This document shows, piece by piece, positions 1 to 9,629 of a DNA stretch of 64,000 bases. Position 1 is the stretch's first letter; the number at the start of each line of letters is the position of its first letter. The stretch is taken from assembly GCA_945889325.1 (NCBI GenBank), contig CAMDBH010000008.1, positions 10,118 to 74,117 on the forward strand, in the 5' to 3' direction. The notes under the pieces are model-generated. The model saw only the letters and a program-made list of their open reading frames with translations. It was not told the origin of the DNA and did no database searches. This DNA is from Klebsiella pneumoniae. Lineage in GTDB: Bacteria > Myxococcota_A > UBA9042. The translations under genes and the position numbers were made by a program.

Positions 1-1
1 G

Positions 2-655
2 GCTCTTGTCGACGCCTCGTGGGATTTTCGCAATTACGCCACCCAGCAATTGGCAACGATCGGGTTGGCGAGCAATTCTAAACCTTTCCGCGCGCGCGTC
101 GGTTTGGCCGGCGCCCTCACCAAACGCACCAGCTTTGATGTTCGCGTCGGTTGGGGTTCGTCGCTTTCCGTCAACACCGCTCAGCGTTTTGGTTCTGTGA
201 TCGGATCGGTCAACGTCGGCTTCTTGCCAGCGCCCAACACCCGCCTCGTCGCTGGATTCGCCCGCGATTTTCGCGACTCTTTTTATGGCAGCGCGGCAGA
301 AAGCGATCGCGGCTCAATTTCTCTCAAGCAGCGCTTCGGCACGATCATGGATGTGACTGCCAGCTTCGGCGCGGCCTATGTACTGTACGGTGCCGTTGAC
401 AAGATTCCCGCGGGACTGTCGGTGACCGGGCAAATCGCCGGCAAGCAACGGCATGACGTCCAACTCGATGGCGGAGTATCTGCCAGTTTTGAAGTGGCAC
501 GTTACTGGGGCCTGCAAATTGGCTATACGCTTCGTTCGGTTATCACGCCATTTGCGTTGACGGGTGCCAAGGGTACGCAGTTTGAAGGCATCATTTTGGA
601 TACTGGCGCGTACACCGGGCATGAGATTTTTGCTTCAGCCGTGCTGCGTTACTGA
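2..655 (+). CDS. Outer-membrane beta-barrel protein, 5'-truncated by the window edge; candidate Wzp-type porin partner of the adjacent OPX protein
   Basis: The frame is open from nt 2, with no stop before the listed start at 50. The sequence shows an alternating beta-strand pattern rich in G/S/T/Y. The C-terminus is ...SAVLRY, and an aromatic last residue is typical of OMPs. The gene ends 3 nt before the listed start (659) of the wza-like ORF. Confidence 0.55.
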   Translation, partial: ALVDASWDFRNYATQQLATIGLASNSKPFRARVGLAGALTKRTSFDVRVGWGSSLSVNTAQRFGSVIGSVNVGFLPAPNTRLVAGFARDFRDSFYGSAAESDRGSISLKQRFGTIMDVTASFGAAYVLYGAVDKIPAGLSVTGQIAGKQRHDVQLDGGVSASFEVARYWGLQIGYTLRSVITPFALTGAKGTQFEGIILDTGAYTGHEIFASAVLRY

Positions 656-733
656 GCCATGGACGCGCCTGCACAGCTAGTTCGTGTGCAAGTGAAATAC
701 GGACAGCCACGTCGAAACACAGCATTGCAGCCC

Positions 734-1336
734 ATGTATTTTAAGCAGTTGTCCGTACTTGCGGTCGTCTGGCTGGTCGGTTGTTCAACCACCGCAACGC
801 TTGATTACAGCAACGTGCATGTCGACACGCGATCGGCCATTCAAGCTGCGAGCTTGGGGCCCGGCGATGAATTTGAAGTTCGGGCCTACGAGGAACCGGC
901 GATGAGCGGTCAGTTTGTGGTCAGTCAGGCGGGGCAAATCGACTATCCCCTGCTGGGCACGATTACCGTGGAGGGTTTGGCAGCCGCGCAGGTCGCGCGA
1001 CTTCTGCGCGAACAGCTGATTGCACGGCGTCTGATTAAGAATCCTTCGATTCTGGTCCAGGTCAAGACACTGAGCAGCAAAAAAGTGTTTGTTCTCGGTG
1101 AAGTGAAAGCGCCAGGCCGCTTTGCCTTTGTCGACAACATGTCGATTGTGGAAGGCGTGACGTTGGCCGGCGGCTTTACCCAACTCGCCGAACGCAATTA
1201 CGCAATTGTGACGCGAGCCGATACGAGCGGTCAGCGCAGGATTCCGGTGCCAGTTGAAAAAATCATGCAAGGACTGGCCGAGAATTTTGTACTTCAACCA
1301 GGCGATATTATTTATATTCCTGAAACAGTGATGTAG
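734..1336 (+). CDS. wza: Polysaccharide export (OPX/Wza-family) lipoprotein, short form without a C-terminal OM-spanning helix
   Basis: The internal ATG at 734 gives a lipoprotein signal, MYFKQLSVLAVVWLVGC. A Poly_export-like core is present (PGDEFEVRAYEEPAMSGQFVVSQAGQIDYPLLG). An SLBB-like segment follows (KKVFVLGEVKAPGRFAF ... LQPGDIIYIPE). The protein is only about 200 aa. Confidence 0.85.
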   Translation: MYFKQLSVLAVVWLVGCSTTATLDYSNVHVDTRSAIQAASLGPGDEFEVRAYEEPAMSGQFVVSQAGQIDYPLLGTITVEGLAAAQVARLLREQLIARRLIKNPSILVQVKTLSSKKVFVLGEVKAPGRFAFVDNMSIVEGVTLAGGFTQLAERNYAIVTRADTSGQRRIPVPVEKIMQGLAENFVLQPGDIIYIPETVM

Positions 1337-1403
1337 CAACGATCGCGACGGTTCGCTAAAGTTAGCGAAACACAGACCCAAAAAGACCTCGCCACCGGAC
1401 GCA

Positions 1404-3617
1404 ATGACCAACGACTTGCCCAACGCCGCACCAGTTGCGGATCAGTTGCAAACTGAGGAAATGTTGCGCCGCGGCTTGGATATTTTGTCCAAACGGCGCT
1501 GGTGGTTCATTTTGGCGACGGCTATCGTGCTCGTGGGCGCCATCGTGTTCGTGCGTCACCAAAAGCCGATCTTCAAGGCCACGGGGATGCTGCATATCGA
1601 CGCGCAACCGCCCAAGCTCCTTTCCGAAGTTAGTGAAATTGTGCAGTTGGGTGCGACCGGCTACGGTTCCTCCATCAGGGCCTATTACGCCGCGCAGTTG
1701 CAGATCATGCAGTCGCGTTCGGTTGCCAGCATTGTCGCTACACGTCTGCATTTGCAGTCGGATCCTAAGTTTTTGGGCATCGACGATCCCGAAAAGCGCC
1801 TAACCAAAGTGCAGCAAAATCTGATCATGACAAACGCCGATGTGGTGGGCATTTTGGCCTCGCGCGTTCTGGTTGAGCTGTCCGAAGATTCCATGATCGC
1901 TAAAGTTTCTATCGAGGACGCCAATCCGCAGATGGCGGCGACTTTGGTCAATGCGGTGATGCAGGCGTACAAAGAACGCAACATGCAGCAGAAGCGGGCC
2001 ACGGTGCAGACGGCTTTTCAAGATCTGCGCGGCTTGCGTGAAAAAATGGAAACCGAAAGGCGGTCAACGCAGGAGAACCTATATAAATTTGAAAAAGAAC
2101 ACGACCTTAGCGACAACCGCCGCTTGGCGGTCAACGAGCGCATCTTGGCGCTCAACCGCGATCTGCGCGAGGTGCACGCCGCGAGGCTGCGCGCTTCTCA
2201 GGAAGTCGCTCAGTTGAAGAAGTATCGAAATTCAAAAGATATTTTCAGTGCGTCAGCGCCCGGACTCATGCGCGATTCGCTTGTAAGCGATCTCAAACGA
2301 CGCTGGCTCGATGTCGACGTGCGCCGGCGCGAAGTTGAAACGGTGTACCTTGAGAACCATCCTAAAGTTCAGATGTTGCAACATCAGATGGATCAACTGG
2401 TGACCCTGGGCGGCAAGCACGTGGCTGCGATGTACGATGCGGCCAGCCAAACGCTGCAGACCGCGACCGTGGAAGAAAGCGATCTGATTGCTCAACTGGC
2501 CAAATCGAAAGCAGAAGATGCGGAAATTCGCCAGACGAAGATAGATTACGATCGCCTCAAGGACAAAGCCGATGAGGTGCGGTCATTTTACGACAAGGTG
2601 GCAAAACGTTTTGCAGAAACCGACTTGACCAAAGAAGTGGGCTTCAACAACGTGTCCGTGCTCGATCCCGCCGTCGTGCCGGTGGTGCCGGTGCGCCCCA
2701 ATGTGCAGTTGAATTTGCTCATCGGCGTTTTGCTGTCGCTCATCATCGGCGTTGCGGTCGCGGTGGCGGTGGAAATGCTCGACAACACGATCAAAGATCG
2801 CTTGGATATCGAGCAGGTGCTGCAAGTGCCCTATCTGGGCTCGATTCCGACGTTTTCACCGAGCAACCAAACCGACGGCCTGGCGGTGCCGGACGGCAAA
2901 CTGGATCTGTATGTGCATTATCGGCCCAATTCGCGGGTGGCCGAGGCTGCGCGCTCGCTGCGGACAAATTTGCTTTTCATGCGACCGGACAAGGCGTTGC
3001 GCAGCATTTTGGTGACAAGCGGCCAGCCGCGTGAAGGCAAAACGTCGACGTCGACCACGTTGGCCATCACGCTGGCTGCGTCGACGGGCAGCACGATCCT
3101 AGTCGACACCGATCTGCGCAAACCGCGCTTGCACCGTGTTTTTGGCGTGCCGAGCGATGGCGGCGTGACCGGCTACATCGTCGGCCACGACACGATCGAC
3201 AAGTTTACCAAGAAAACCGACATCCCCGGCTTGGACATTTTGCCGTGCGGCGCGCTGCCACCCAATCCATCGGAAATTCTGCACACGGAGCGGTTCCGCC
3301 AGATGATCGTCGAATTGACGCAACATTACGAATGTGTCGTGTTCGACTCGCCGCCGATAGAAATTGTTTCGGACGCGTTGGTCATGGCCACGCTGGTCGA
3401 CGGCGTGATTCTGGTTGCGCAAGCCGAGCGCAGTCGCCGCGATTCGGTTGGACAAACCGTTGCCGCGTTGCGCGCCGTGAACGGCAATTTGTTGGGGATC
3501 GCGTTATCGCGCACCCAAACCCGCGGCACCGGCTATGGTTATTACTACCGCGGCCGCGGCTATCGTCGCGAGGCGGCTTACCGATATCGCTACGCAGCCG
3601 ACGCCGAAAAAGACTGA
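1404..3617 (+). CDS. wzc: Polysaccharide co-polymerase PCP-2a / BY-kinase (Wzc-like tyrosine autokinase)
   Basis: Two TM segments flank a long coiled periplasmic region. The Walker A motif is GQPREGKTST and the Walker A'-like motif is ILVDTDLRKP. The C-terminal Tyr cluster is GYGYYYRGRGYRREAAYRYRY. Confidence 0.9.
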   Translation: MTNDLPNAAPVADQLQTEEMLRRGLDILSKRRWWFILATAIVLVGAIVFVRHQKPIFKATGMLHIDAQPPKLLSEVSEIVQLGATGYGSSIRAYYAAQLQIMQSRSVASIVATRLHLQSDPKFLGIDDPEKRLTKVQQNLIMTNADVVGILASRVLVELSEDSMIAKVSIEDANPQMAATLVNAVMQAYKERNMQQKRATVQTAFQDLRGLREKMETERRSTQENLYKFEKEHDLSDNRRLAVNERILALNRDLREVHAARLRASQEVAQLKKYRNSKDIFSASAPGLMRDSLVSDLKRRWLDVDVRRREVETVYLENHPKVQMLQHQMDQLVTLGGKHVAAMYDAASQTLQTATVEESDLIAQLAKSKAEDAEIRQTKIDYDRLKDKADEVRSFYDKVAKRFAETDLTKEVGFNNVSVLDPAVVPVVPVRPNVQLNLLIGVLLSLIIGVAVAVAVEMLDNTIKDRLDIEQVLQVPYLGSIPTFSPSNQTDGLAVPDGKLDLYVHYRPNSRVAEAARSLRTNLLFMRPDKALRSILVTSGQPREGKTSTSTTLAITLAASTGSTILVDTDLRKPRLHRVFGVPSDGGVTGYIVGHDTIDKFTKKTDIPGLDILPCGALPPNPSEILHTERFRQMIVELTQHYECVVFDSPPIEIVSDALVMATLVDGVILVAQAERSRRDSVGQTVAALRAVNGNLLGIALSRTQTRGTGYGYYYRGRGYRREAAYRYRYAADAEKD

Positions 3618-3751
3618 TGCAGCGAAATTTTGCAGTCGCTTGACCGCCGAGGGCCTTTCGCGCCATGCTAACGGCAATCCGCCATTAGTCAGCAGCGTAC
3701 GACATAAAATCCTCGCGCAGTTGGCACAAGATATCAGAAGGGTAATGAGCA

Positions 3752-5560
3752 ATGGATAAGGTGATCGGGATCGACTTGGGCACGACAAACTCGTGCGTGG
3801 TCGTTTATGAATCAGGTGTTGCGCACGTGATTCCGAACTCAGAAGGCTCCCGCACGACGCCGTCGATGGTCGCCTTTACGCCAGACGGCCAGCGTTTGGT
3901 CGGCAACATCGCCAAGCGCCAAGCGGTCGCCAACGCGCAAAACACCGTGTTTGCCACCAAGCGTATGATGGGCCGCAAGTCCAACTCCCCCGAAGTACAA
4001 CGGATGCGGCAAAGCACGCCGTTCAAAATTGTCGCGCACGACAACGGCGACGCCGCGGTCATGGTCCACGGCAAACGCTATTCGCCGGCCGAGATAGGTG
4101 CGTTCGTTCTGCGTCAACTGCGTGATTCAGCGCAGGAATATACCGATGCGGGCGTCAAAGACGCCGTGATCACCGTGCCGGCCTATTTTGACGACAGCCA
4201 GCGTCAGGCGACGCGCGATGCGGGCCGTTTGGCCGGTCTCAACGTGCTGCGCATTATTAACGAACCAACGGCAGCGGCACTCGCCTACGGCATAAACGCC
4301 GAATCATCCGGAATTATTGCCGTATACGACTTAGGCGGCGGCACTTTCGATATTTCGATCCTCGAATTCTCCAACGGGGTGTTTCAGGTCAAGGCCACCC
4401 ACGGCGACACGTTTCTGGGCGGCGAGGACGTCGACGCGCGTTTGATGGACGGCCTCATCGAGGGCTTCGGGATGGAAACCGGCATCGATTTGCGCCAGGA
4501 TCCCGTGGCGTTGCAGCGCCTGAAAGATGCGGCCGAACGGGCAAAGATTGAGCTGTCGTCCATTGAGGAGACCGAAATCTCTTTGCCGTTTCTGAGCGCT
4601 GATGCCAGCGGTCCCAAACACATGAACCGCTTGCTCACGCGCCGAGAATTGGAAGAAATCTGCGCAGATCTGATTGAAACGACCATTGAGCATTGCCGCG
4701 AGGCACTCGCCGCTGCCAGCATCGGCGTGCAGGATATCACCGACGTTTTGCTGGTCGGTGGTATGACAAAAATGCCGGCCGTGCAGCGCGCGGTTCAAGA
4801 TTTTTTTGGTCGAACGCCCAACCGCAGCGTCAATCCAGATGAGGCCGTGGCCGTCGGTGCTGCGATCCAAGGTGCGATTTTGTCAGGCGATGTCGGCGAT
4901 GTCGTGTTGCTCGACGTCAATCCGCTGTCTTTGGGCTTGGAGACAGCTGGCGGCGTGATGACCAAACTCATCGCGCGCAACGTCACCGTGCCGGTTAGCG
5001 TCACCGAAGTGTTCACAACTTCAGACGATTATCAGCCGTTGGTCAACTTGCACGTGCTGCAGGGCGAACGCCCGTTGGCGGGCGACAACACGAGTTTGGC
5101 GCGTTTTGAACTTACCGGTATTCCGCCGGCATTGCGCGGTGTTCCCAAGATCGAGGTCACATTCTCCATCGATGTCAACGGCATTTTGGGTGTTTCCGCG
5201 CGCGATCTCGGCACCAAACGCGAACAGCAGATCAAATTGCGCGCGACCAGCGGCCTGAGTGAAGCGGCGATCGAGCGGATGCTGGCCGAAGCCGAGCAGT
5301 ACAACGAAGTCGATCGCGATTTGTTGGAACTTTCGGAGATGAAGCGCCGCCTTTCCGGCCTGATCTACACAACGGAACGATCGCTTGCCGAGAGCGCGAA
5401 CTATTTGACAGAAGGCGAACTAGGCCAAATTCGAACCGATTTGGATGTGGCGCGGCGCTCGGTTGACTCGCCGGATATCAACCGACTGCAAAACTCGCTG
5501 CGCGACTTGGAAAAATCTGCTTTCCGCGTCACTGAAGTGATGTACAAAGATTTCGCGTAA
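3752..5560 (+). CDS. dnaK: Hsp70 chaperone (DnaK family paralog)
   Basis: Hsp70 signatures are present: IGIDLGTTNS, DLGGGTFDIS and VLLVGGMTKMP. The protein is 602 aa. Confidence 0.9.
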   Translation: MDKVIGIDLGTTNSCVVVYESGVAHVIPNSEGSRTTPSMVAFTPDGQRLVGNIAKRQAVANAQNTVFATKRMMGRKSNSPEVQRMRQSTPFKIVAHDNGDAAVMVHGKRYSPAEIGAFVLRQLRDSAQEYTDAGVKDAVITVPAYFDDSQRQATRDAGRLAGLNVLRIINEPTAAALAYGINAESSGIIAVYDLGGGTFDISILEFSNGVFQVKATHGDTFLGGEDVDARLMDGLIEGFGMETGIDLRQDPVALQRLKDAAERAKIELSSIEETEISLPFLSADASGPKHMNRLLTRRELEEICADLIETTIEHCREALAAASIGVQDITDVLLVGGMTKMPAVQRAVQDFFGRTPNRSVNPDEAVAVGAAIQGAILSGDVGDVVLLDVNPLSLGLETAGGVMTKLIARNVTVPVSVTEVFTTSDDYQPLVNLHVLQGERPLAGDNTSLARFELTGIPPALRGVPKIEVTFSIDVNGILGVSARDLGTKREQQIKLRATSGLSEAAIERMLAEAEQYNEVDRDLLELSEMKRRLSGLIYTTERSLAESANYLTEGELGQIRTDLDVARRSVDSPDINRLQNSLRDLEKSAFRVTEVMYKDFA

Positions 5561-5571
5561 TCCTTGCCGAG

Positions 5572-6732
5572 ATGGACACGCTAATCCCCGATCATTACCG
5601 CATTTTGGGGGTGCAGCCGCACGCCAGCGAAGCGGACATCAAAAACGCGTACCGCAAGTTGTCGCGGATTTATCACCCCGACGCCCAGATGGGTTCGGAC
5701 CGTGCGACCGATTGCTTCAAACAAATATCTAGTGCTTATACGGATTTAGGCGACCCGTCGCGGCGATTGCTGTACGATCGCCAGTTGCTGCTCAAAGACC
5801 CCGTGCGGCTCATCGATGACCCGCGTGCCGAAAAGGCACTGGATGTGCTGGACAATGTCGTTTCGCGCTTGCGGCGGCGCCCGCTGGCGCTGCCCACCAG
5901 CGCGCGCGGGCGAGATTTGCGTGTACAGCAAACGATCCCTTTCATCTTGGCCATGACCGGCGGGCCGCTGGAAGTGAAGGCGCAGTACGACACAATTTGC
6001 AACGATTGCAATGGGATGGGGACCACCGATCCGAACAGGATGCCTGTCTGTCACGTGTGTTTGGGCAGCGGCACCTTCAAAGTAGGTTTGCGGCGGCACG
6101 ACGGCATCTGCGGCTTTTGCTTGGGGCGTGGAACGGTCGTGCTCGCGGCCTGCCCGACCTGCCGCGCCCGCGGCCAAGTCTCGGTGATGAAAACGATTGT
6201 CGCGCAAGTGCCGCCGCGCGTTCGCGCCGGTAGCCAACTTCGGGTGCGCGGCGCCGGTGAGAAGCTCAGCGGTGAAAAATCCGCTGGCGCCCAGCCCGGT
6301 GACGTCATTGTTGTGATTCAAATCCAAGCCCATCCACTGCTTACGGTCGACGGCGACGATTTGCATTGCTCGGTCCCGGTGACCTGGGCCCAGGCAGTTT
6401 TGGGCGTCAAAGTCGCAGTTCCCACGTTAGAGGGTATTGAAATATTGAGCCTATTGCCAGAAATGGTCGCGTCGCGCCATGTGCGCATCGCCCAGCGCGG
6501 CTTGCTGAAGGGCGCAGGCGCCACGGGCATAGCTGCGTCCGCCGCACAGCGCGGCTATTTGCATTTGCATTTGGAAGTGGACACCCCCGAAGCGCTGCCG
6601 CCGGAACAATTGCAGGCCGTCAAAACGCTGGAGCAATTCATTGGGGAACATCGGTTTGGCCGCGTGGTCGCCTACCAAAAGCTGGTTTCGGAAAAAGGGG
6701 TCCCTCCGGTAGAACTAGATGACCGTTGGTGA
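5572..6732 (+). CDS. DnaJ-like co-chaperone (J domain plus zinc finger, no G/F linker)
   Basis: The J domain carries HPD (YRILGV...IYHPDAQ). There are four CxxCxGxG repeats: CNDCNGMG, CHVCLGSG, CGFCLGRG and CPTCRARG. The gene starts 12 nt after the dnaK stop. Confidence 0.85.
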   Translation: MDTLIPDHYRILGVQPHASEADIKNAYRKLSRIYHPDAQMGSDRATDCFKQISSAYTDLGDPSRRLLYDRQLLLKDPVRLIDDPRAEKALDVLDNVVSRLRRRPLALPTSARGRDLRVQQTIPFILAMTGGPLEVKAQYDTICNDCNGMGTTDPNRMPVCHVCLGSGTFKVGLRRHDGICGFCLGRGTVVLAACPTCRARGQVSVMKTIVAQVPPRVRAGSQLRVRGAGEKLSGEKSAGAQPGDVIVVIQIQAHPLLTVDGDDLHCSVPVTWAQAVLGVKVAVPTLEGIEILSLLPEMVASRHVRIAQRGLLKGAGATGIAASAAQRGYLHLHLEVDTPEALPPEQLQAVKTLEQFIGEHRFGRVVAYQKLVSEKGVPPVELDDRW

Positions 6733-7693
6733 ATTGGGTGAAATGGCGTTGATCGCGCAACTGCGCGCGCTCCTCGATCGGCCGCTGACCGCGCTGTTGT
6801 TGGGCAATGGCGATGACGCGGCAGTTCTACGCGCCGACGGTGACGTGGTGTTGACGGTCGATTCGGTCGTCGAGGGCGTGGATTGGCTGCCGCAAAAGAT
6901 GCCGTTGCGGGCCATAGGTCACCGCGCTGCGGCGGTCAATCTGTCCGATTTGGCCGCCATGGGCGCCCAGCCCCAAGCGCTGCTGCTGGCTTTGGAATTG
7001 CCGGTCTCGACTTTGGTCAGCGACGTCCTTGAGGCGCTCGAGGGCCTTGCTGCCCTCGCTGATCAGCACGGCTGCGGCGTGGTTGGCGGTGACGTCGGCT
7101 TTTCGCCAGGTCCTGCCCGCTGGACTGTGACGGCTGTCGGACAACTCCACGGCGCGGGGCTACAGCGCGATCGCGCGCGTGCGGGCGATGCGATCTGGTT
7201 GATCGGCGACGTCGGGTTGGCGGCGCTCGGCCTGCGCCTGCTTGCTGCGGAATTGCCACTGGATCAACCGTGGATGCAACAATGTGTTTACGCGCATGTA
7301 TGGCCAGAACCGCTGGTTAACGCGGGCCTCGCACTGCAAGCGACCCGTGAACGCATGGCCGCCATCGACATTTCTGACGGCTTGTGGCGCGATGCCGACA
7401 GGCTGGGTCGCGCAAGCAGCGTGCATTTGGACTTGGCGCTGACCACGCCGCGCAAACTGCTGGCAGCGACAGAAATGGGCTATGATGTCGCCACCGCAAT
7501 GGCACATGGCGGTGACGACTATGCCTTATTGGTCGCGGTGCCCGCGCAATTTGATGTGGCGGCGGTGGTCGGCGCGGGCGCACAGCGAATTGGAAGGGCC
7601 CGAGCCGGACAAGCCGGCGCGACGCTGGTCCTCGACGGCGTCGAGATGGGGCAGGGCGGCTACCAACACGGTCGTTGGTCACTTCGCAAGTAG
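6719..7693 (+). CDS. thiL: Thiamine-monophosphate kinase
   Basis: The N-terminus reads GELGEMALIAQL...GDDAAVL. The motif NLSDLAAMGA indicates a PurM/AIR-synthase-like fold. The gene overlaps the upstream stop by 14 nt. Confidence 0.8.
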   Translation: MTVGELGEMALIAQLRALLDRPLTALLLGNGDDAAVLRADGDVVLTVDSVVEGVDWLPQKMPLRAIGHRAAAVNLSDLAAMGAQPQALLLALELPVSTLVSDVLEALEGLAALADQHGCGVVGGDVGFSPGPARWTVTAVGQLHGAGLQRDRARAGDAIWLIGDVGLAALGLRLLAAELPLDQPWMQQCVYAHVWPEPLVNAGLALQATRERMAAIDISDGLWRDADRLGRASSVHLDLALTTPRKLLAATEMGYDVATAMAHGGDDYALLVAVPAQFDVAAVVGAGAQRIGRARAGQAGATLVLDGVEMGQGGYQHGRWSLRK

Positions 7694-8416
7694 CAACTTC
7701 GCACTTGCAACAACCAGCACCAGCGCCAGCAAGCGACGCAGCGCGATCGGTGGCAAGCGCCTCGCGCCCAGTCCGGCGCCAATCGTCCCGCCCAGCACGG
7801 CGGCGATGGCCCACACAGGAGTTGCGCTGGGAATCAGGGCGACCGACTGCCAATTGCCCAACAGACCGGCAACCGAATTGAGCCAAATGAACACGCCTGA
7901 AAGCCCTGCGGCTTGGCGCGGTGTCGCCCACCCGCGTAAAATCGCCAGTGGCGACAGGAAGATGCCGCCGCCTGTGCCGGTTAGGCCGGCGAGCAGTCCG
8001 ATGCCGCTGCCGGTGGCAAGCGCCACCGAGGTGGGCGGCAATTTCACCGCCGCCGCGTCTTGCGCTCCGGTGCGCCGGCCCAGCCGAAACGCCGAATAAA
8101 GCAGGACCAAGCCGACGAGCCAGCGGTACCATTGGCCCGGCAGTGCGACCCAGCCTCCCAAAAATGCACACGGCACGGAGGCCAACGCAAACGGCAGCAA
8201 CGCGCGCCACGGCACCAATTGCGCGCGCCAGAACCGCAAGACGACCACAGTTGAAACCAAGATGTTGAGCACAAGCGCGGTCGGCTTCATCGCCGCGGGC
8301 GCGAGTTCGGTGAGCGCCAGCACGGCAAGATAGCCCGACGCCCCGGCATGTCCCACAGACGCGTACAAAAGAGCGGCGACGAAAATTGGGATCGGCAACC
8401 AGATGGGCATCAGCAC
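7679..8416 (-). CDS. TauE/SafE (TSUP) family membrane transporter
   Basis: This is a 245-aa multi-pass membrane protein with Gly-rich helices. Motifs include YASVGHAGASGYLAVLAL and GTGGGIFLSPL, as in sulfite-exporter TauE-like proteins. Confidence 0.75.
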   Translation of the reverse strand: MLMPIWLPIPIFVAALLYASVGHAGASGYLAVLALTELAPAAMKPTALVLNILVSTVVVLRFWRAQLVPWRALLPFALASVPCAFLGGWVALPGQWYRWLVGLVLLYSAFRLGRRTGAQDAAAVKLPPTSVALATGSGIGLLAGLTGTGGGIFLSPLAILRGWATPRQAAGLSGVFIWLNSVAGLLGNWQSVALIPSATPVWAIAAVLGGTIGAGLGARRLPPIALRRLLALVLVVASAKLLLAK

Positions 8417-8811
8417 TCCGTGGACAAGCGAAGATAATTTGCGCGCGAGGCGTGTGCAAGTCGTCTGAGCCGCGAAAAAGGGCCAAATGACAAATTTGCG
8501 ATCCAGAATGACTGGTTAGACGTAAATCCATGATTATAATATTTATTTGCGTTTGTTAACAAATAATCAAATGGGGTTCGCGACTTGTCGTTTGCCGCAG
8601 ATTGGCGTCGCGCGGGATGATCAGGGAGCAAGTGACGGCGATGATCGCGCTGTTGAGGTCTAGGTTCCTCTGGTTTCTTGGGTTTATTGCTTTGCTGCCG
8701 TCGCCACGTGGGCAGGATTTTTTTTGCTGGCCAAAGATTTGTTGGTGGCGCTTTTGCGGCCTTGGCCAAGCGCAAATAGGGTGCAAATGGGTCGCAAACG
8801 CGATCGGCGAT

Positions 8812-8858
8812 CCACTAGATGTAGGGGTGACAAATTTTCTTGACACAAGATGTGGCGT
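8812..8858 (+). promoter_or_regulatory. Two NrdR-box-like 16-mers 31 bp apart, bracketing a TTGACA hexamer
   Basis: The 16-mers are CCACTAGATGTAGGGG (8812-8827) and ACACAAGATGTGGCGT (8843-8858). Both share CAC-W-AGATGT-R-G. They match 11 and 12 of 16 positions of the published NrdR box acaCwAtATaTwGtgt. The 31-bp register is typical of tandem NrdR boxes. The site lies upstream of nrdJ. Confidence 0.3.
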
Positions 8859-9002
8859 TTTTTTGACAACCGCCGCAGCCGTGCAACGCTCAAGGCGCTT
8901 GACCCCGCCGGTGGGCCAAGTTAGGTTTAGGACGGTTGAGTTGCTGGTTGTGACGACTTTTCAATTGTGCCAGATGTCGTCCGTGGACCACATGGCGTCC
9001 AT

Positions 9003-9037
9003 GGATCACGAAAACGGTGTGGGATCATGAAAACGGT
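9003..9037 (+). repeat. Tandem direct repeat GGATCAYGAAAACGGT x2 (19-bp register) in the nrdJ leader
   Basis: Copies are GGATCACGAAAACGGT at 9003-9018 and GGATCATGAAAACGGT at 9022-9037, with 15/16 identity. Confidence 0.6.
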
Positions 9038-9629
9038 ATGAAAAGCGTCAAAAGGTAGCGAAACCAATCCAAAAATCCATCATGCCAAACCGGCCCGACG
9101 CGGAAAGTCCGCGTCGACTTGCGGCGATCGCGCTTTAGTTTTAGTGCGTTGTGGGAAGTGATGACGGTGATTTGGGCAACACGATCGGTAAGCGTGTGAT
9201 ATTCAAAAGTTTTGGCAAAGGCAAGATGCAAAGGACAGTCGGCAGGGCCGCCGAAGAGACCAGACCCATCGCGCAATTCTGACAACAGGCGAAACACAGC
9301 AAGATCTTTATTTATTTGTCGGTAGACCGCAGGTGATGCGGCACCACAACTGAGAAAAACGGGGCGGAATCATGGAACAGATGTTGGGGAAAAACGAAAA
9401 TATGCACAGTGAACTGACCAAGCACGGTGAAAAGCCTGCGAAAAGCGACAATTCTGCGGAATCCAGCAAGGGAGAAAGCAGCAAAAACGACAGCGCGCCA
9501 CACGTCGCAAACTTGCGCACGGCCAAGCAAAATGGTCGGCAGAATGAAGAATTTACGTTGCAAAGCAGCCTATTGGGTATTGGGCAAGGCCAGCAGGCCA
9601 ATGAACGCATCTTGGCGACGGAGATAGTT

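Noticed and set aside
7317-8531. A 404-aa ORF on the - strand overlapping thiL and the TauE-family gene.
   Set aside because: Its translation is Arg/Ala/Pro-rich, typical of an off-frame reading of GC-rich DNA. The alternative frame (7679-8416) gives a clean polytopic membrane protein.
9096-9116. GGAAAGTCCG, reminiscent of the RNase P RNA universal core.
   Set aside because: It is only the loop and stem of a simple 9-bp hairpin. None of the other RNase P conserved regions are nearby.
8417-9629. A cobalamin riboswitch in the nrdJ leader.
   Set aside because: I found no B12 box (GCCACTG context) and no conserved GGGAA/GGTG core in the right arrangement. A B12-dependent RNR is also not the expected riboswitch target, which is usually a B12-independent isozyme.
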